DNA from: a virus
Taxonomy: Duplodnaviria > Heunggongvirae > Uroviricota > Caudoviricetes
DNA: 64,000 nt
Reading direction: 5' to 3' (one strand)
Virus record (IMG/VR): IMGVR_UViG_3300012324_000010
Shown here: positions 10,210 through 19,825 of the stretch, piece after piece
Layout of the letters: each line of letters opens with the position of its first letter
How positions within the stretch are numbered: position 1 is the stretch's first letter
Program-made: the position numbers and the translations under genes
The notes under the pieces: model-generated
What the model saw: the letters and a program-made list of their open reading frames with translations, nothing else
Told to the model about the DNA's origin: nothing
Databases searched by the model: none

Positions 10210-11640
10210 ATTTCACCAAAACCACAAGTCAGAGAAGCCCCGGAATCTTTAGCTCCGGGGAGTGAATGGCTTAAAACTTTCACCCCTCTGGTCCACTTTT
10301 GACAAAGAGGTGAAGAGTATGATATACTTATCCATATCGCCCACAAGACAAAGAAGGGAGGGTTGAAGACATGGAGATAACCTTAACTAGGAAGATTTTA
10401 ATTGAGCCTAGTGAGGAGCAGGAGATACTGCTCAAGAGTACAGCTCAAGCATATACAGATGCCTGTAACTACATCTCAGCGTTCTGTTTCAGAGAGCATA
10501 CAACTTCAAAGAAGAATATTCAGGAATCTTTGTATTATGATCTCAGAGAGCACTTTAACCTCCCTAGTCAGATGGCGATTTCTGCGATTCGTTCAGTGGT
10601 ATCCGCATATGCTACTGTTCACGCAACACAGAAAAGGTGGTCTGTACAACCTGCTTTTAAGAAGCAAAAGTACAATCTTACCTGGAACAGAGACTATTCT
10701 CTCAACAGAAAAACTGGTGATTTTAGCCTCAATACCCTAGATGGTAGGCAGCACATTAAAACCCAGTGGAAGGGACAAGAAAAGTATTCTAGCTTGGAGA
10801 AATACGGCACAGCCACCATTGCTTTTAAGCATGGAAAATGGTTTGCACATATACCCGTATCTATCACTGTGGACGAGTTGAGTCTTGATGATGTGGTAGA
10901 TATTATGGGAATTGACTTGGGTGTAAACTTTCTGGCGACTGCTTACAGCTCCACCACAGGAAAAACACAGTTCTTCAGTGGAAAGCACATCAAGCACAAG
11001 CGAGCACAGTATAATAATCTGCGTTCTGAGCTGCAAAGAAAAGGTACCCGATCTTCAAGAAAACGACTTAAGGCTATTGGTAATCGAGAAAACCGTTGGA
11101 TGAGTGATATCAATCACACCATCACTAAGGCACTCGTGAATACTACCAATCCCACCTTGTTTGTTTTGGAAGATTTAAGCGGTATCCGCTCAGCTACAGA
11201 AAAGGTTCGCACAAAAGATCGCTATGTGCAAGTATCATGGGCATTTTATGATTTCAGAAAGAAGCTAGAATATAAAGCTCAGCTACATGGGCATAAGGTT
11301 CTTATTGTAGATCCTCGGTACACTTCTCAAATGTGTCCTAAATGCGGTTATACACATAAGAAAAACCGCAATAAGAAAACACACACTTTCTGCTGCACAA
11401 AGTGTGGTTATTGTTCCAACGATGATAGAATAGCAGCAATGAATCTGTGTGCAAAGGGAATTCAGTACCGTGCACAGTTCGCTATGAGCAAAGCTCCTAG
11501 CGAAGGGGAAAGTCATCATCCCCACGATGTTCCGACAGCATCTTAGTATGTTAAAAAGGCAGGAGAGATAATCATTCTCGATTACTGCTGGTCAGGGACA
11601 AGCCCTGGAGTCTTTAGCTCTGGGGTAGATGACCCCTTGT
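10210..11640 (+). mobile_element. IS200/IS605-family insertion sequence carrying only tnpB (IS1341-like); boundaries approximate
   Basis: Left-end hairpin ccccggAATCTTTAGCTccgggg at 10238-10260 and near-identical right-end hairpin ccctggAGTCTTTAGCTctgggg at 11603-11625 flank a single TnpB ORF. No tnpA present. Confidence 0.8.
10371..11546 (+). CDS. tnpB: RNA-guided endonuclease TnpB (IS605 OrfB family transposase-associated protein)
   Basis: 391 aa; RuvC-I motif GIDLGVNF, RuvC-II LFVLEDL region, C-terminal zinc finger CPKCGYTHKKNRNKKTHTFCCTKCGYCSNDDRIAAMNL; typical length and architecture. Confidence 0.9.
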   Translation: MEITLTRKILIEPSEEQEILLKSTAQAYTDACNYISAFCFREHTTSKKNIQESLYYDLREHFNLPSQMAISAIRSVVSAYATVHATQKRWSVQPAFKKQKYNLTWNRDYSLNRKTGDFSLNTLDGRQHIKTQWKGQEKYSSLEKYGTATIAFKHGKWFAHIPVSITVDELSLDDVVDIMGIDLGVNFLATAYSSTTGKTQFFSGKHIKHKRAQYNNLRSELQRKGTRSSRKRLKAIGNRENRWMSDINHTITKALVNTTNPTLFVLEDLSGIRSATEKVRTKDRYVQVSWAFYDFRKKLEYKAQLHGHKVLIVDPRYTSQMCPKCGYTHKKNRNKKTHTFCCTKCGYCSNDDRIAAMNLCAKGIQYRAQFAMSKAPSEGESHHPHDVPTAS

Positions 11641-11668
11641 GTGTTATATATACAAGGGATATTTTTTG
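11633..11668 (+). terminator. hairpin plus T-run at IS right boundary
   Basis: ccccttgtgtgttatatatacaagggat then ATTTTTT. Confidence 0.5.
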
Positions 11669-11676
11669 AATCATTT

Positions 11677-11696
11677 ATTTTTTGTGTCCCTTTTTG
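11677..11696 (+). repeat. polar intergenic motif TTTTTTGTGTCCCTTTTT (copy 3)
   Basis: same family. Confidence 0.8.
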
Positions 11697-12106
11697 CCTA
11701 TCAAGATGACACTCTAAAATGTAAAAATAAATGACAACTAATAATGCCACTCGTTTTTTGCTAAGCTCTTCAAACGCTCAACAAAAGGAGTATAAGGTCT
11801 AGGCTCACGGGATTCCAATTCACCTAGTATGTCACTATCAACCACAGTAACGCTGTCTGCTATAGCTTTGTTTCTAGAACATTCTTGGCATTGTCTTATA
11901 TGTTCATCATGCTCATCCATCAATAATCACTTACCTTTCAAAATATCTTCATCAATAGCTTAGTTGCTACAAGATTAAGTTCCTGTTCTTTCATCTATAT
12001 TGATAGTAGATTTCAGTATAACATCAAAAGGATATGTAGTCATTTCATTGTTGATAGAATGATCCACATATCTTAAAAATCATCAAAAAGAAGAGGTAAG
12101 TTCTCT

Positions 12107-13900
12107 ATGGCAAGAAAAAAGACACGCAAATCACCCGCTAGGCGCTCACGTAAGCGTTCAACATCTTCTAAGAAGTCAACTACCCTCAATAGCTCACAAA
12201 AGTCCTTAAAACAGCGTCAGAAGGCTCCTTGGGATAGGTTGAAATTAGCAGGATATGACAATCCTATTATCTATCAATTCCCCTGGGAGGATAGGGCGTT
12301 ATCTAAAGTAGCACAAGCTGAATACTTTCCTGGTATTGGGTATGTATCTTTAAAAGAAAATCCTCTCTTTGAAGATTACAGGGTAAAAAACTACTCTTGG
12401 GAAAAATTCGTAGAAGATAAAACTAGCAATACAACATCTACTCCTTTCCTAGAGGGAGAAAGCCCTTATGTTTTAAGAGAAGATCAAAAAGAAGATGTTG
12501 CAACTATTATGCAAGCCTATAATGCTGGCTCTCCTGAATTCTTGATTGCTAATGCTACTGGTACGGGAAAAACAGTTACCACTCTTGCAGCATTAGATGA
12601 ACTTTCCCCTCACAGTGTTCTTATAGTGTGTCCTGCAGCAGTCATTCCTGTATGGAGAAGACATATTGAAGATATGGGTGATAAGGGAAGGAAATATGTT
12701 GTCATCAACTATGAATCCTTAAAGAAACTTGTGTCCCCTCCTGATGAAGCAGTTAAAGCTAAAAAGGCAGCAACTCAAAATAAACACATTTCTCTATCAG
12801 GAAAACCCTATACATATTTTGATGCAGTTGTTATTGATGAAGCGCACAAGACTAAAAACCCCACTGCACAACAATCACGCATATGCTCTATGATCTCTGC
12901 ACATGCACGCTTTACTCTAAGGCTAACAGCTACCCCTGGAAAAAATCCTTCACAGCTTCATTACTTATATAGACTTTTATCTTTTAATACTGGAGACAGC
13001 ATTGAAGTAAAAGATGATAAAGATTTCTCCCGCTATATTTCCTGGTGTAAAAAGCATCATGTTGATGGCATTGTCTCTGCTCCTTTTGGAAATGGTATTA
13101 CCTTTGAAGGCGGTAGCGATTCTGTAAGAGCTATGGAAAAAATACTCTATGGAAAAACTACCCACGGTGTTACAACAGCCATAAAGAAGAAACCACACAA
13201 TTGGGATAAAGTAATAAGACAACCCTACCCTATTGACATTTCTGCACAAGAAAAACAGGACTATCAACTTCTAGTGGAAGATGTAAAAAACATTATGCTC
13301 AATGCTGGAAAATCTAGAAGAATGGATATGTCTAAAGGTATTGCTGCAATGATGAAGATGCGTCAAAAAGCTGGTCTTTTAAAAGCATCACATATTGCTG
13401 ATTATGCACAGTATTGTGTTCAAGATCTAGGAGAACAAGTAGTCATATCTACTGTATTTCACAACACTGCAGAAGTTATTGAAGAAAAACTCCACTCCTT
13501 AAAAATTGATTGTGTGACAATCACAGGAAAAGACTCTGCTGAAGACAAAGAAGATAAAAGACTAGCCTTCCAACAAGGCAAGGTTCCTGTGGTGATTACC
13601 TCTATTACTACAGGTATTTCTTTACACAGTAATGAAGAATCAGTAGGAGGAAACTCTACTCCTCGCAGACTCATTGTAGGAGATATTCACTTTTCTCCTA
13701 TTGAACATACACAACTAGAGGGAAGGATCAACAGGAATGGAGAAAACGGGATTGTAGTCATTCCCATGCTTGCTGATACAGTAGATGAGAAAGTTGTATC
13801 TACTTTGCTTCATGGTGTAGAAACTCAATCTATTTTGCAATCAAATGGTGATGAAGATGATATTGCTTTTTTGGCTGATGCTTTAGGAGTTAAGCTATAG
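12107..13900 (+). CDS. SNF2/Rad54-family DEAH-box helicase with basic N-terminal tail
   Basis: 597 aa; motif I ANATGTGKT, motif II VIDEAHKTKN, motif III LTATPGKN, C-terminal motif VI QLEGRINRNGE; N-terminus is K/R/S-rich. Confidence 0.85.
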   Translation: MARKKTRKSPARRSRKRSTSSKKSTTLNSSQKSLKQRQKAPWDRLKLAGYDNPIIYQFPWEDRALSKVAQAEYFPGIGYVSLKENPLFEDYRVKNYSWEKFVEDKTSNTTSTPFLEGESPYVLREDQKEDVATIMQAYNAGSPEFLIANATGTGKTVTTLAALDELSPHSVLIVCPAAVIPVWRRHIEDMGDKGRKYVVINYESLKKLVSPPDEAVKAKKAATQNKHISLSGKPYTYFDAVVIDEAHKTKNPTAQQSRICSMISAHARFTLRLTATPGKNPSQLHYLYRLLSFNTGDSIEVKDDKDFSRYISWCKKHHVDGIVSAPFGNGITFEGGSDSVRAMEKILYGKTTHGVTTAIKKKPHNWDKVIRQPYPIDISAQEKQDYQLLVEDVKNIMLNAGKSRRMDMSKGIAAMMKMRQKAGLLKASHIADYAQYCVQDLGEQVVISTVFHNTAEVIEEKLHSLKIDCVTITGKDSAEDKEDKRLAFQQGKVPVVITSITTGISLHSNEESVGGNSTPRRLIVGDIHFSPIEHTQLEGRINRNGENGIVVIPMLADTVDEKVVSTLLHGVETQSILQSNGDEDDIAFLADALGVKL

Positions 13901-13996
13901 ATTATTGCTGATTTAGCATATATAACTATATTATGATATAGTTTTCAACTATGAACATTTGCACATATCTTTTGTCACGAAGAGAAGAGGAAAAAC

Positions 13997-14380
13997 ATGG
14001 CAAAAACTTACCAAACTCATATCATGTGGTCAGGTCACGGAGATGACATCTACAATCAACCTGTCAGTCTTTTAGCTTCTGGAGAAGACAATGCACGAGA
14101 GATGTTTAGCAACATTGTCTCTGAAGGTCTTGCTATTAAAAATGATGGTCTTTTCCTAGCGGCTGTTTCACCAGAGATGACTGAGGAAGAAATCAACACC
14201 TACTCTGGTGACAAGGAAGCACTATGTGCAATCATCAAGGGTGAGGATGAAAAGTTCTCCCTTGGATCACTGATTAAAGAATATGCTACCAGCAATGATG
14301 ATTGGGCAGAAGGATCTTTGACTGTTGTCTATGATAATGATGAAACTGATGCTGATGTTACTATGACTAACCGTGGATAG
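13997..14380 (+). CDS. acidic hypothetical protein
   Basis: 127-aa ORF with SD GAGGAA; followed by strong terminator. Confidence 0.6.
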   Translation: MAKTYQTHIMWSGHGDDIYNQPVSLLASGEDNAREMFSNIVSEGLAIKNDGLFLAAVSPEMTEEEINTYSGDKEALCAIIKGEDEKFSLGSLIKEYATSNDDWAEGSLTVVYDNDETDADVTMTNRG

Positions 14381-14396
14381 TTTTTCTATGGTGTAG

Positions 14397-14443
14397 AAAA
14401 ATCCCCCTTCTAAGGTTGTTTTCCTTAGGAGGGGGATTTTTAT
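14397..14443 (+). terminator. bidirectional intrinsic terminator
   Basis: aaaaatccccc...gggggattttt perfect hairpin flanked by A-run and T-run; sits between convergent genes. Confidence 0.8.
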
Positions 14444-14454
14444 GTCCCTTTTAG
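14437..14454 (+). repeat. polar intergenic motif TTTTTATGTCCCTTTTAG (copy 4, ATG variant)
   Basis: same family. Confidence 0.75.
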
Positions 14455-14465
14455 AAGGTTGGTTG

Positions 14466-15761
14466 TTACTTGCTATCTACTTTTTCAGTAGGATTTTCTT
14501 CTTGAAACTCTACACTATCTTTTTGGCTATTATCTTGAAGTGGTTGAGCACCAGCTTTCTCCATAGCCTTCTGGTAAGACTTTGCAGCTTTTTCTTTCTG
14601 CTTTCTTCTTTCACGAAGTTGCTGGGTAGATTGAGATTCATCTGTTTCCTGATAACGGAATTGAGGAACAACCCAACCACGGTTTTGAGGGCTAGAAGAA
14701 CCTCCTACACCCTTCTTTTTGTTGGTATTAGCAAAACGAGCCTTAGTCAAGGAACGTCCTACCTGTGCAATAGTTCCAGCAAAGTTAACCCTTTGATCAT
14801 CAGGAAGATTTTTAGCATTATTAGCAATCATTCCACGGCGAGTGGTAGCAGCATGAAGAGAATCAAATTCACCCAACTTGACAGTGACATCTTTACCTCT
14901 GGTATTGGTAAGCATATGTCCTAGTTCTTGAGTGTTTTTATCCACTGGAGAAGCATCCTCAAAAGAGGTTGCTACAGTGGTGCGCATGGATACTACATAT
15001 TTACCATCTTTATTTTCAGTAACATGCATATCATGGCGTCCCTCAACTACAGAACCATCTGGCATGGAAAGACGAGTCATCTTAGTCAAGCTGTCAGCAG
15101 CTTTAGTACCAATTTCTTCCCCATCAATCTTTTTTGGAGGTCTAGTTGACTCCTCTTTTCTCCATGCAGAATCTGCACCAGTTTCTACCCATGTAGATGC
15201 ACGCTGTAGCTGTTCATCACTAAGATCATCAAGTTCTACTTTTTGAGGTTTTCCTGTAGTGTAGTCAATCCCTGATTTGTTGCGTTGTGCTCTAGGAGAA
15301 AACTCTGCACCACGGTTGATTGCTTCTTGTCTAAGGATTGGTCTTTCACTAATAAACTCATGATAGTCCTTATAGGAATCATCCCTTCTAGCAATACCTT
15401 CTTTCAAGAGCTTATCATAACGCTCAATCTTGCCTTGCTTTTCCTCCCACAATCTTAGAGCACCTTGTTTGGAAGGAGAAGGTTTGCGTTTAGGCAAAGA
15501 GTCTTGCACCTCTTTAATCTGCTCTGCAAGGTACTCTTGTCCAGCTGGAGTAGCATAAAACACACGGTTTGCCTGCTCCATGCGAAGTTCAGCATTATGT
15601 AGACTTTTAGCTACCTTTTCTGGCATAGGATTGTCATTGCCACCATCTTCAAAAGGTTGTGCTTGTGCTTGTGCCTTTTGAAGATTTTTCCTTGCTGCTG
15701 CATGACGTTTCCTACCGCTATTAGAACACCGTGGGCCTGGTCTTGCTCTACACATGTTCAT
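14466..15761 (-). CDS. hypothetical protein (431 aa; basic N-terminal and charged C-terminal regions)
   Basis: Long uninterrupted minus-strand ORF with SD AGAGGGA; no recognised motif. Confidence 0.65.
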   Translation of the reverse strand: MNMCRARPGPRCSNSGRKRHAAARKNLQKAQAQAQPFEDGGNDNPMPEKVAKSLHNAELRMEQANRVFYATPAGQEYLAEQIKEVQDSLPKRKPSPSKQGALRLWEEKQGKIERYDKLLKEGIARRDDSYKDYHEFISERPILRQEAINRGAEFSPRAQRNKSGIDYTTGKPQKVELDDLSDEQLQRASTWVETGADSAWRKEESTRPPKKIDGEEIGTKAADSLTKMTRLSMPDGSVVEGRHDMHVTENKDGKYVVSMRTTVATSFEDASPVDKNTQELGHMLTNTRGKDVTVKLGEFDSLHAATTRRGMIANNAKNLPDDQRVNFAGTIAQVGRSLTKARFANTNKKKGVGGSSSPQNRGWVVPQFRYQETDESQSTQQLRERRKQKEKAAKSYQKAMEKAGAQPLQDNSQKDSVEFQEENPTEKVDSK

Positions 15762-15919
15762 CCCTCTTTCTTTTATATATTATTTGTTGTAATAAGATTA
15801 CATTGTTTAATAATAACAGTGTCCCCTATCACTGTGCATTAGATGATTTTTGACTTTTTATCTATTCTCATCTACCATAAAATACACATAGGAAAACAAC
15901 CACTAGAAAGGATATACCA

Positions 15920-16264
15920 ATGACTGCACAGTATTTCTTTGTTAAATATGCCAAGGGGCAAGATGGAGGATTTGGAGACTACTGTTCTCCTGACTGGGAA
16001 TGCGCAGAATATCTCAGGGATGATAATGGAAACCTATTATGGTTTTCTAATGGGGAAGAAGCAGGCAAGTTTGTTCAATCTTGCAATGACTATTCTGAAA
16101 ATGTGTTTTACTCTCATGGTGACCATTATGATTATGATGGCGATTTTCCTGTAGAATACACTGTATTTTCTTTTGCAATCCCCAATACTGAACCTGCTGT
16201 AGATGCTGATGCTGCATTTGCAGAATACAAAGAAAAGGTAAAAGAAGAAGCGCTTTCTTGGTAA
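15920..16264 (+). CDS. hypothetical protein
   Basis: 114-aa ORF with SD AAAGGA. Confidence 0.55.
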   Translation: MTAQYFFVKYAKGQDGGFGDYCSPDWECAEYLRDDNGNLLWFSNGEEAGKFVQSCNDYSENVFYSHGDHYDYDGDFPVEYTVFSFAIPNTEPAVDADAAFAEYKEKVKEEALSW

Positions 16265-16377
16265 AAGGTTGCACTGCAACAAACAACCATGCTATGATAT
16301 AGTTAGTTGTTAACCTTTTATTAACTTTCTATCAATATAGATGAACATACACAATAAAAGTAAGGAGATGTTATATC

Positions 16378-16470
16378 ATGAAGTTCATTGCTAAGCTCTT
16401 CAAGATCAAGAAGGATGTCACCCCTGTTGATGCTGCTTACCAGCGTGGCTATGTAATGCTAGTTCGATAA
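16378..16470 (+). CDS. small ORF (30 aa, MKFIAKLFKIKKDVTPVDAAYQRGYVMLVR)
   Basis: Perfect SD AAGGAG 8 nt upstream of ATG; immediately followed by a strong terminator; below ORF-track size cutoff. Confidence 0.4.
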   Translation: MKFIAKLFKIKKDVTPVDAAYQRGYVMLVR

Positions 16471-16480
16471 TAATAGCATA

Positions 16481-16517
16481 AAAACACCCCTTGATATCTC
16501 TGTCAAGGGGTGTTTTT
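16481..16517 (+). terminator. bidirectional intrinsic terminator
   Basis: aaaaacacccctt...aaggggtgttttt. Confidence 0.8.
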
Positions 16518-16536
16518 ATGTATGCCTGAAATCTCT

Positions 16537-17313
16537 TTATACCGCTGGTCCCGTGCTTCCTACTGCAATAGCAAAAAGTGATACAATGATAAACAGAAAT
16601 AGCACTGCCAATGGTAGCAAGAGTGCTACCCAGTTTATCACCTTGGATGCTTTATCTTTCTTGTAAGAGTCATCTAGTATAAACAGGTAGTAGAATGGAA
16701 GAATGATGCCAATTCCAGTTCCCAATGATACCGCTAGGTTGATCATAGAAAAGAAAAGTTGATTCCCCTGTGTTTTCAAAAACTCAGGCCAGTTGCTACT
16801 ACCATCACCAGTATCACCAGAATGAATGAAATCTTCATACTGTTGTTTCACCTGAGCAGGTGGAATAGGAGGAACTGGTCCTCCTCCAGTGAAATAAGAG
16901 TTTCCTTGCTGCTGTTGAAGATGGCTATCTTCATCATAGTCATATCCATCATAGTGTGAAGAAGAAAAGTCTTCATACTGTGCAGCATTGGATTCTGGAA
17001 TATTATCTACATCAGCAAAAGGAGTTCTGCGAGGAGTGTATTCTTCTGCAGTGTCTTCTTCCTGGTAATCATTGTCATCATCATTGATAAAATCATCACC
17101 AGTGTAGTATTCATCAAGACCACTGTCAGTATCTGGGTAGTAATCTTGATCTTCAGTATTATCTTCTTCTACTACAGCATGTGTATCTTCCTGTTCTGTA
17201 TAAGGAGTGGCTGTAGAGTTATTTTCTTCTGTATTATCCACCTCATCATCATAAGGTGCATGGGTGGGGTATTTATTGTTTTGTGGTTGAGTCACTATGG
17301 TGTCACCTTCCAA
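16537..17313 (-). CDS. acidic protein with C-terminal double transmembrane anchor
   Basis: 258 aa; D/E/Y-rich N-terminal 170 aa, then two hydrophobic helices at the C-terminus. Confidence 0.6.
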   Translation of the reverse strand: MEGDTIVTQPQNNKYPTHAPYDDEVDNTEENNSTATPYTEQEDTHAVVEEDNTEDQDYYPDTDSGLDEYYTGDDFINDDDNDYQEEDTAEEYTPRRTPFADVDNIPESNAAQYEDFSSSHYDGYDYDEDSHLQQQQGNSYFTGGGPVPPIPPAQVKQQYEDFIHSGDTGDGSSNWPEFLKTQGNQLFFSMINLAVSLGTGIGIILPFYYLFILDDSYKKDKASKVINWVALLLPLAVLFLFIIVSLFAIAVGSTGPAV

Positions 17314-17408
17314 TTGCGAGGTTAAAAGATTGAAAAAATGTATATAACATATGATAACAGGAAAAGTGCTTATCCTGTTATAGTTGTTACTAGTGTGTTT
17401 TAAAAAAA

Positions 17409-17425
17409 GTTTGTGTCCCTTTTAT
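17409..17425 (+). repeat. polar intergenic motif GTTTGTGTCCCTTTTAT (copy 5)
   Basis: same family. Confidence 0.8.
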
Positions 17426-17494
17426 ATATGTAAAAAAATAACCTCTTTTCCTTATAAAGGGTTAACTTATAGGGAAAAGAGGTTATAAGTTATT

Positions 17495-18211
17495 TTATAC
17501 ACTCAAAGCACGGTGTCCTGAAATGCATCCAGTCTTTCCTGTATCAAACTTAGAACCATCAGCATAACCTGCATTATAAGAGTTCCTATCTACAGAAGAT
17601 CCAGAAGAAGTCTTAAGCTTTCCCTTGCAATCACCCATAGCATATTCTTTAGCCTTTTCCTGATCATTGATAATGGATACTACACCATCACCATTATCAC
17701 TGCGAGCTTCAGCTTCATGTCCTCGAAGAGAATCCTTAATAGCAGAAGCATAACCTACCATGTGGGAAAGACGCTTTTTGCGAACCCCATATACTCCAGA
17801 AGGAATAGCTTTCATGGCAGAATCAACCATGGTCAAAGACGCTACAGAAAACAACATCTTCACACGCTCACGATCAATATCTCGACCATAAATATCCACA
17901 GTATTAACAGCCTTCCCTGGAATATTACTTCCCACTGCATAGCAACCTAGAGCATGAGCAATGACTGTTACTAGAATGTGCTGTTGCTTCTTATAAGGAA
18001 TAGTTGAATCAAAGACAATGCTATCTTTACCCATTTCATTATTGTTATGTGCATTGTGATCATGAACATCATTTTCTTCAATGCCATATTGAGCCATAAG
18101 CTTCATGGCACGAGATAGAGCTGCATCTCCCTCTGCTGTTCCTTGCTGATCATTAGCAAGGTTAAGAAGCTTAGAAATCTTTGCAGTAATAGTAGCACTC
18201 TTATGAGACAA
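17495..18211 (-). CDS. DUF2786-like (phage-associated) protein
   Basis: N-terminus KISKLLNLANDQQGTAEGDAALSRAMKLMAQYGI matches the K(I/V)xKLLALA...NExEAxxAL..AQ.LM signature of DUF2786. Confidence 0.5.
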   Translation of the reverse strand: MSHKSATITAKISKLLNLANDQQGTAEGDAALSRAMKLMAQYGIEENDVHDHNAHNNNEMGKDSIVFDSTIPYKKQQHILVTVIAHALGCYAVGSNIPGKAVNTVDIYGRDIDRERVKMLFSVASLTMVDSAMKAIPSGVYGVRKKRLSHMVGYASAIKDSLRGHEAEARSDNGDGVVSIINDQEKAKEYAMGDCKGKLKTSSGSSVDRNSYNAGYADGSKFDTGKTGCISGHRALSV

Positions 18212-18486
18212 GATATTCTCCTTGATATGGATGGTGTTTTTCTTTGATGTAGTTTCTACTATATACCACTGTGTTTTTCTTGTCTATCTATATCCCTCAT
18301 ATGTGGGTGGATAGGTAGCATGAATATAACTATTGACAAATATCAATCATTATGATAGAGTTGTAAGCAACTGCATTGGTTGATCAATAGCAGGAATATA
18401 TGTTTTTTCTTTGACATTTTTTCAAAGAAATGGTGGAGCTAAAAAAGACACAGGAAAAATCCTGTGTCTTTTTCTATTTATCTTTC

Positions 18487-18735
18487 TCAATGAGAAACAT
18501 CATCAGGTTGAGGGGTTTGTGAAACCCCTACATCACGAGAATAAGTATTGTGATCACTGTGGCGGGTAGGTCCAGCAAAAATAACAGCCATTAATACAAT
18601 TACAAGAATAGCGCAAGATAATACTAAAGATACAGCAAAATCCTGAGCATTATTTTCTTGTGGAGTTCTGTTTTCCCTATAATACATGTCTTGATAGTCT
18701 TTAATGCTTTGAGAACTGTCAGTATAAGTGCTCAT
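18487..18735 (-). CDS. small membrane protein
   Basis: 82 aa with one central TM helix. Confidence 0.5.
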   Translation of the reverse strand: MSTYTDSSQSIKDYQDMYYRENRTPQENNAQDFAVSLVLSCAILVIVLMAVIFAGPTRHSDHNTYSRDVGVSQTPQPDDVSH

Positions 18736-18802
18736 GATAAATGTTCCTTCACAGTTGATATTTTCTTTTTGACAACCATTATAGTTGCTTCAACTTCTTT
18801 AA

Positions 18803-19069
18803 TCAAGGAGTATTTTCTTCAGAAGTACTTTCTGGTTCTACCACTTTATCATTCATAGGATTAATGATTTTTCCTTCACTGTTTCTGATAGTGTTGCCTG
18901 GTCCAATATTATAGTCTGTGGTTTCCTCTTCTATAGGAGAGCTGTCATTGAAATTTGTTTCAAAAGTAACAGATGTTGTTTCTTTATCTCCCTCTACATC
19001 AGAACACGCACTAAGGATAATAGAGCTTATAATGATTGCAGCTGTTGCGCATTGTGACTTTGTAGACAT
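18803..19069 (-). CDS. small lipoprotein
   Basis: Signal peptide ending in lipobox LSAC. Confidence 0.55.
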   Translation of the reverse strand: MSTKSQCATAAIIISSIILSACSDVEGDKETTSVTFETNFNDSSPIEEETTDYNIGPGNTIRNSEGKIINPMNDKVVEPESTSEENTP

Positions 19070-19142
19070 GTTTTTTATTCCCTTTGGATTTTATGTATTT
19101 GTACCATTTTAACATAGAAAACATGTCTAATCATTTGATATA

Positions 19143-19159
19143 TTTGTGTCCCTTTTTAT
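19143..19159 (+). repeat. polar intergenic motif TTTGTGTCCCTTTTTAT (copy 6)
   Basis: same family. Confidence 0.8.
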
Positions 19160-19305
19160 CAAAAGAAGAATGGAATGTGAGAAATGCAGTATAGAGCACC
19201 AATACCAGTACTACAATTCCTCCTCCTCTACCACTATAATGCTCTATAAGGAAGAGCAAAAGAGCACATGTGCAAAACACACATGTGCTCAACAGCATTA
19301 TCTTT

Positions 19306-19524
19306 CTAGTTATCAAAGAAATATCCCTTGATGACATCATAGACATACCAGTATCCTACAAGAGGAATAAGCCCTGCAATATTTTCTAGATACACAGTGC
19401 CATAATAAGCTATGACACCAGGAGTGATAAGAAGAATAGCCAAGGCAACAAACACTGCAATGTTAAATGCATATTGAGATGCCTTATGTTGGATATTCTT
19501 TTCAGAATGGGTAAAAGTAGTCAT
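19306..19524 (-). CDS. small membrane protein
   Basis: 72 aa, two hydrophobic helices. Confidence 0.45.
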   Translation of the reverse strand: MTTFTHSEKNIQHKASQYAFNIAVFVALAILLITPGVIAYYGTVYLENIAGLIPLVGYWYVYDVIKGYFFDN

Positions 19525-19825
19525 TGTGGTGCTACATCCTTTTTCTTATCAGGAGTTGAACAAGTGAAATGTTCTTTTCTTGAAGAACACCTTTCACTGT
19601 AGTCACAAAAGCACCACAAGTCAATATTCACCCCATTTAGGGTGTAGTAGACACTGTTTCTGCTTGTTCCACCTGTGTATTTTCAACAGAAGAAGATTCA
19701 ACCTGATGATGAAAATAAATGGCCATCGCAGCTCCAATAGCTAGAATCCCCAGCAAAATCAAAGCACAGAGAAAGTCTTTCCCTTTTTCATTTAGTTGTT
19801 TCATAAATACTTTATCTCCTTTGTA

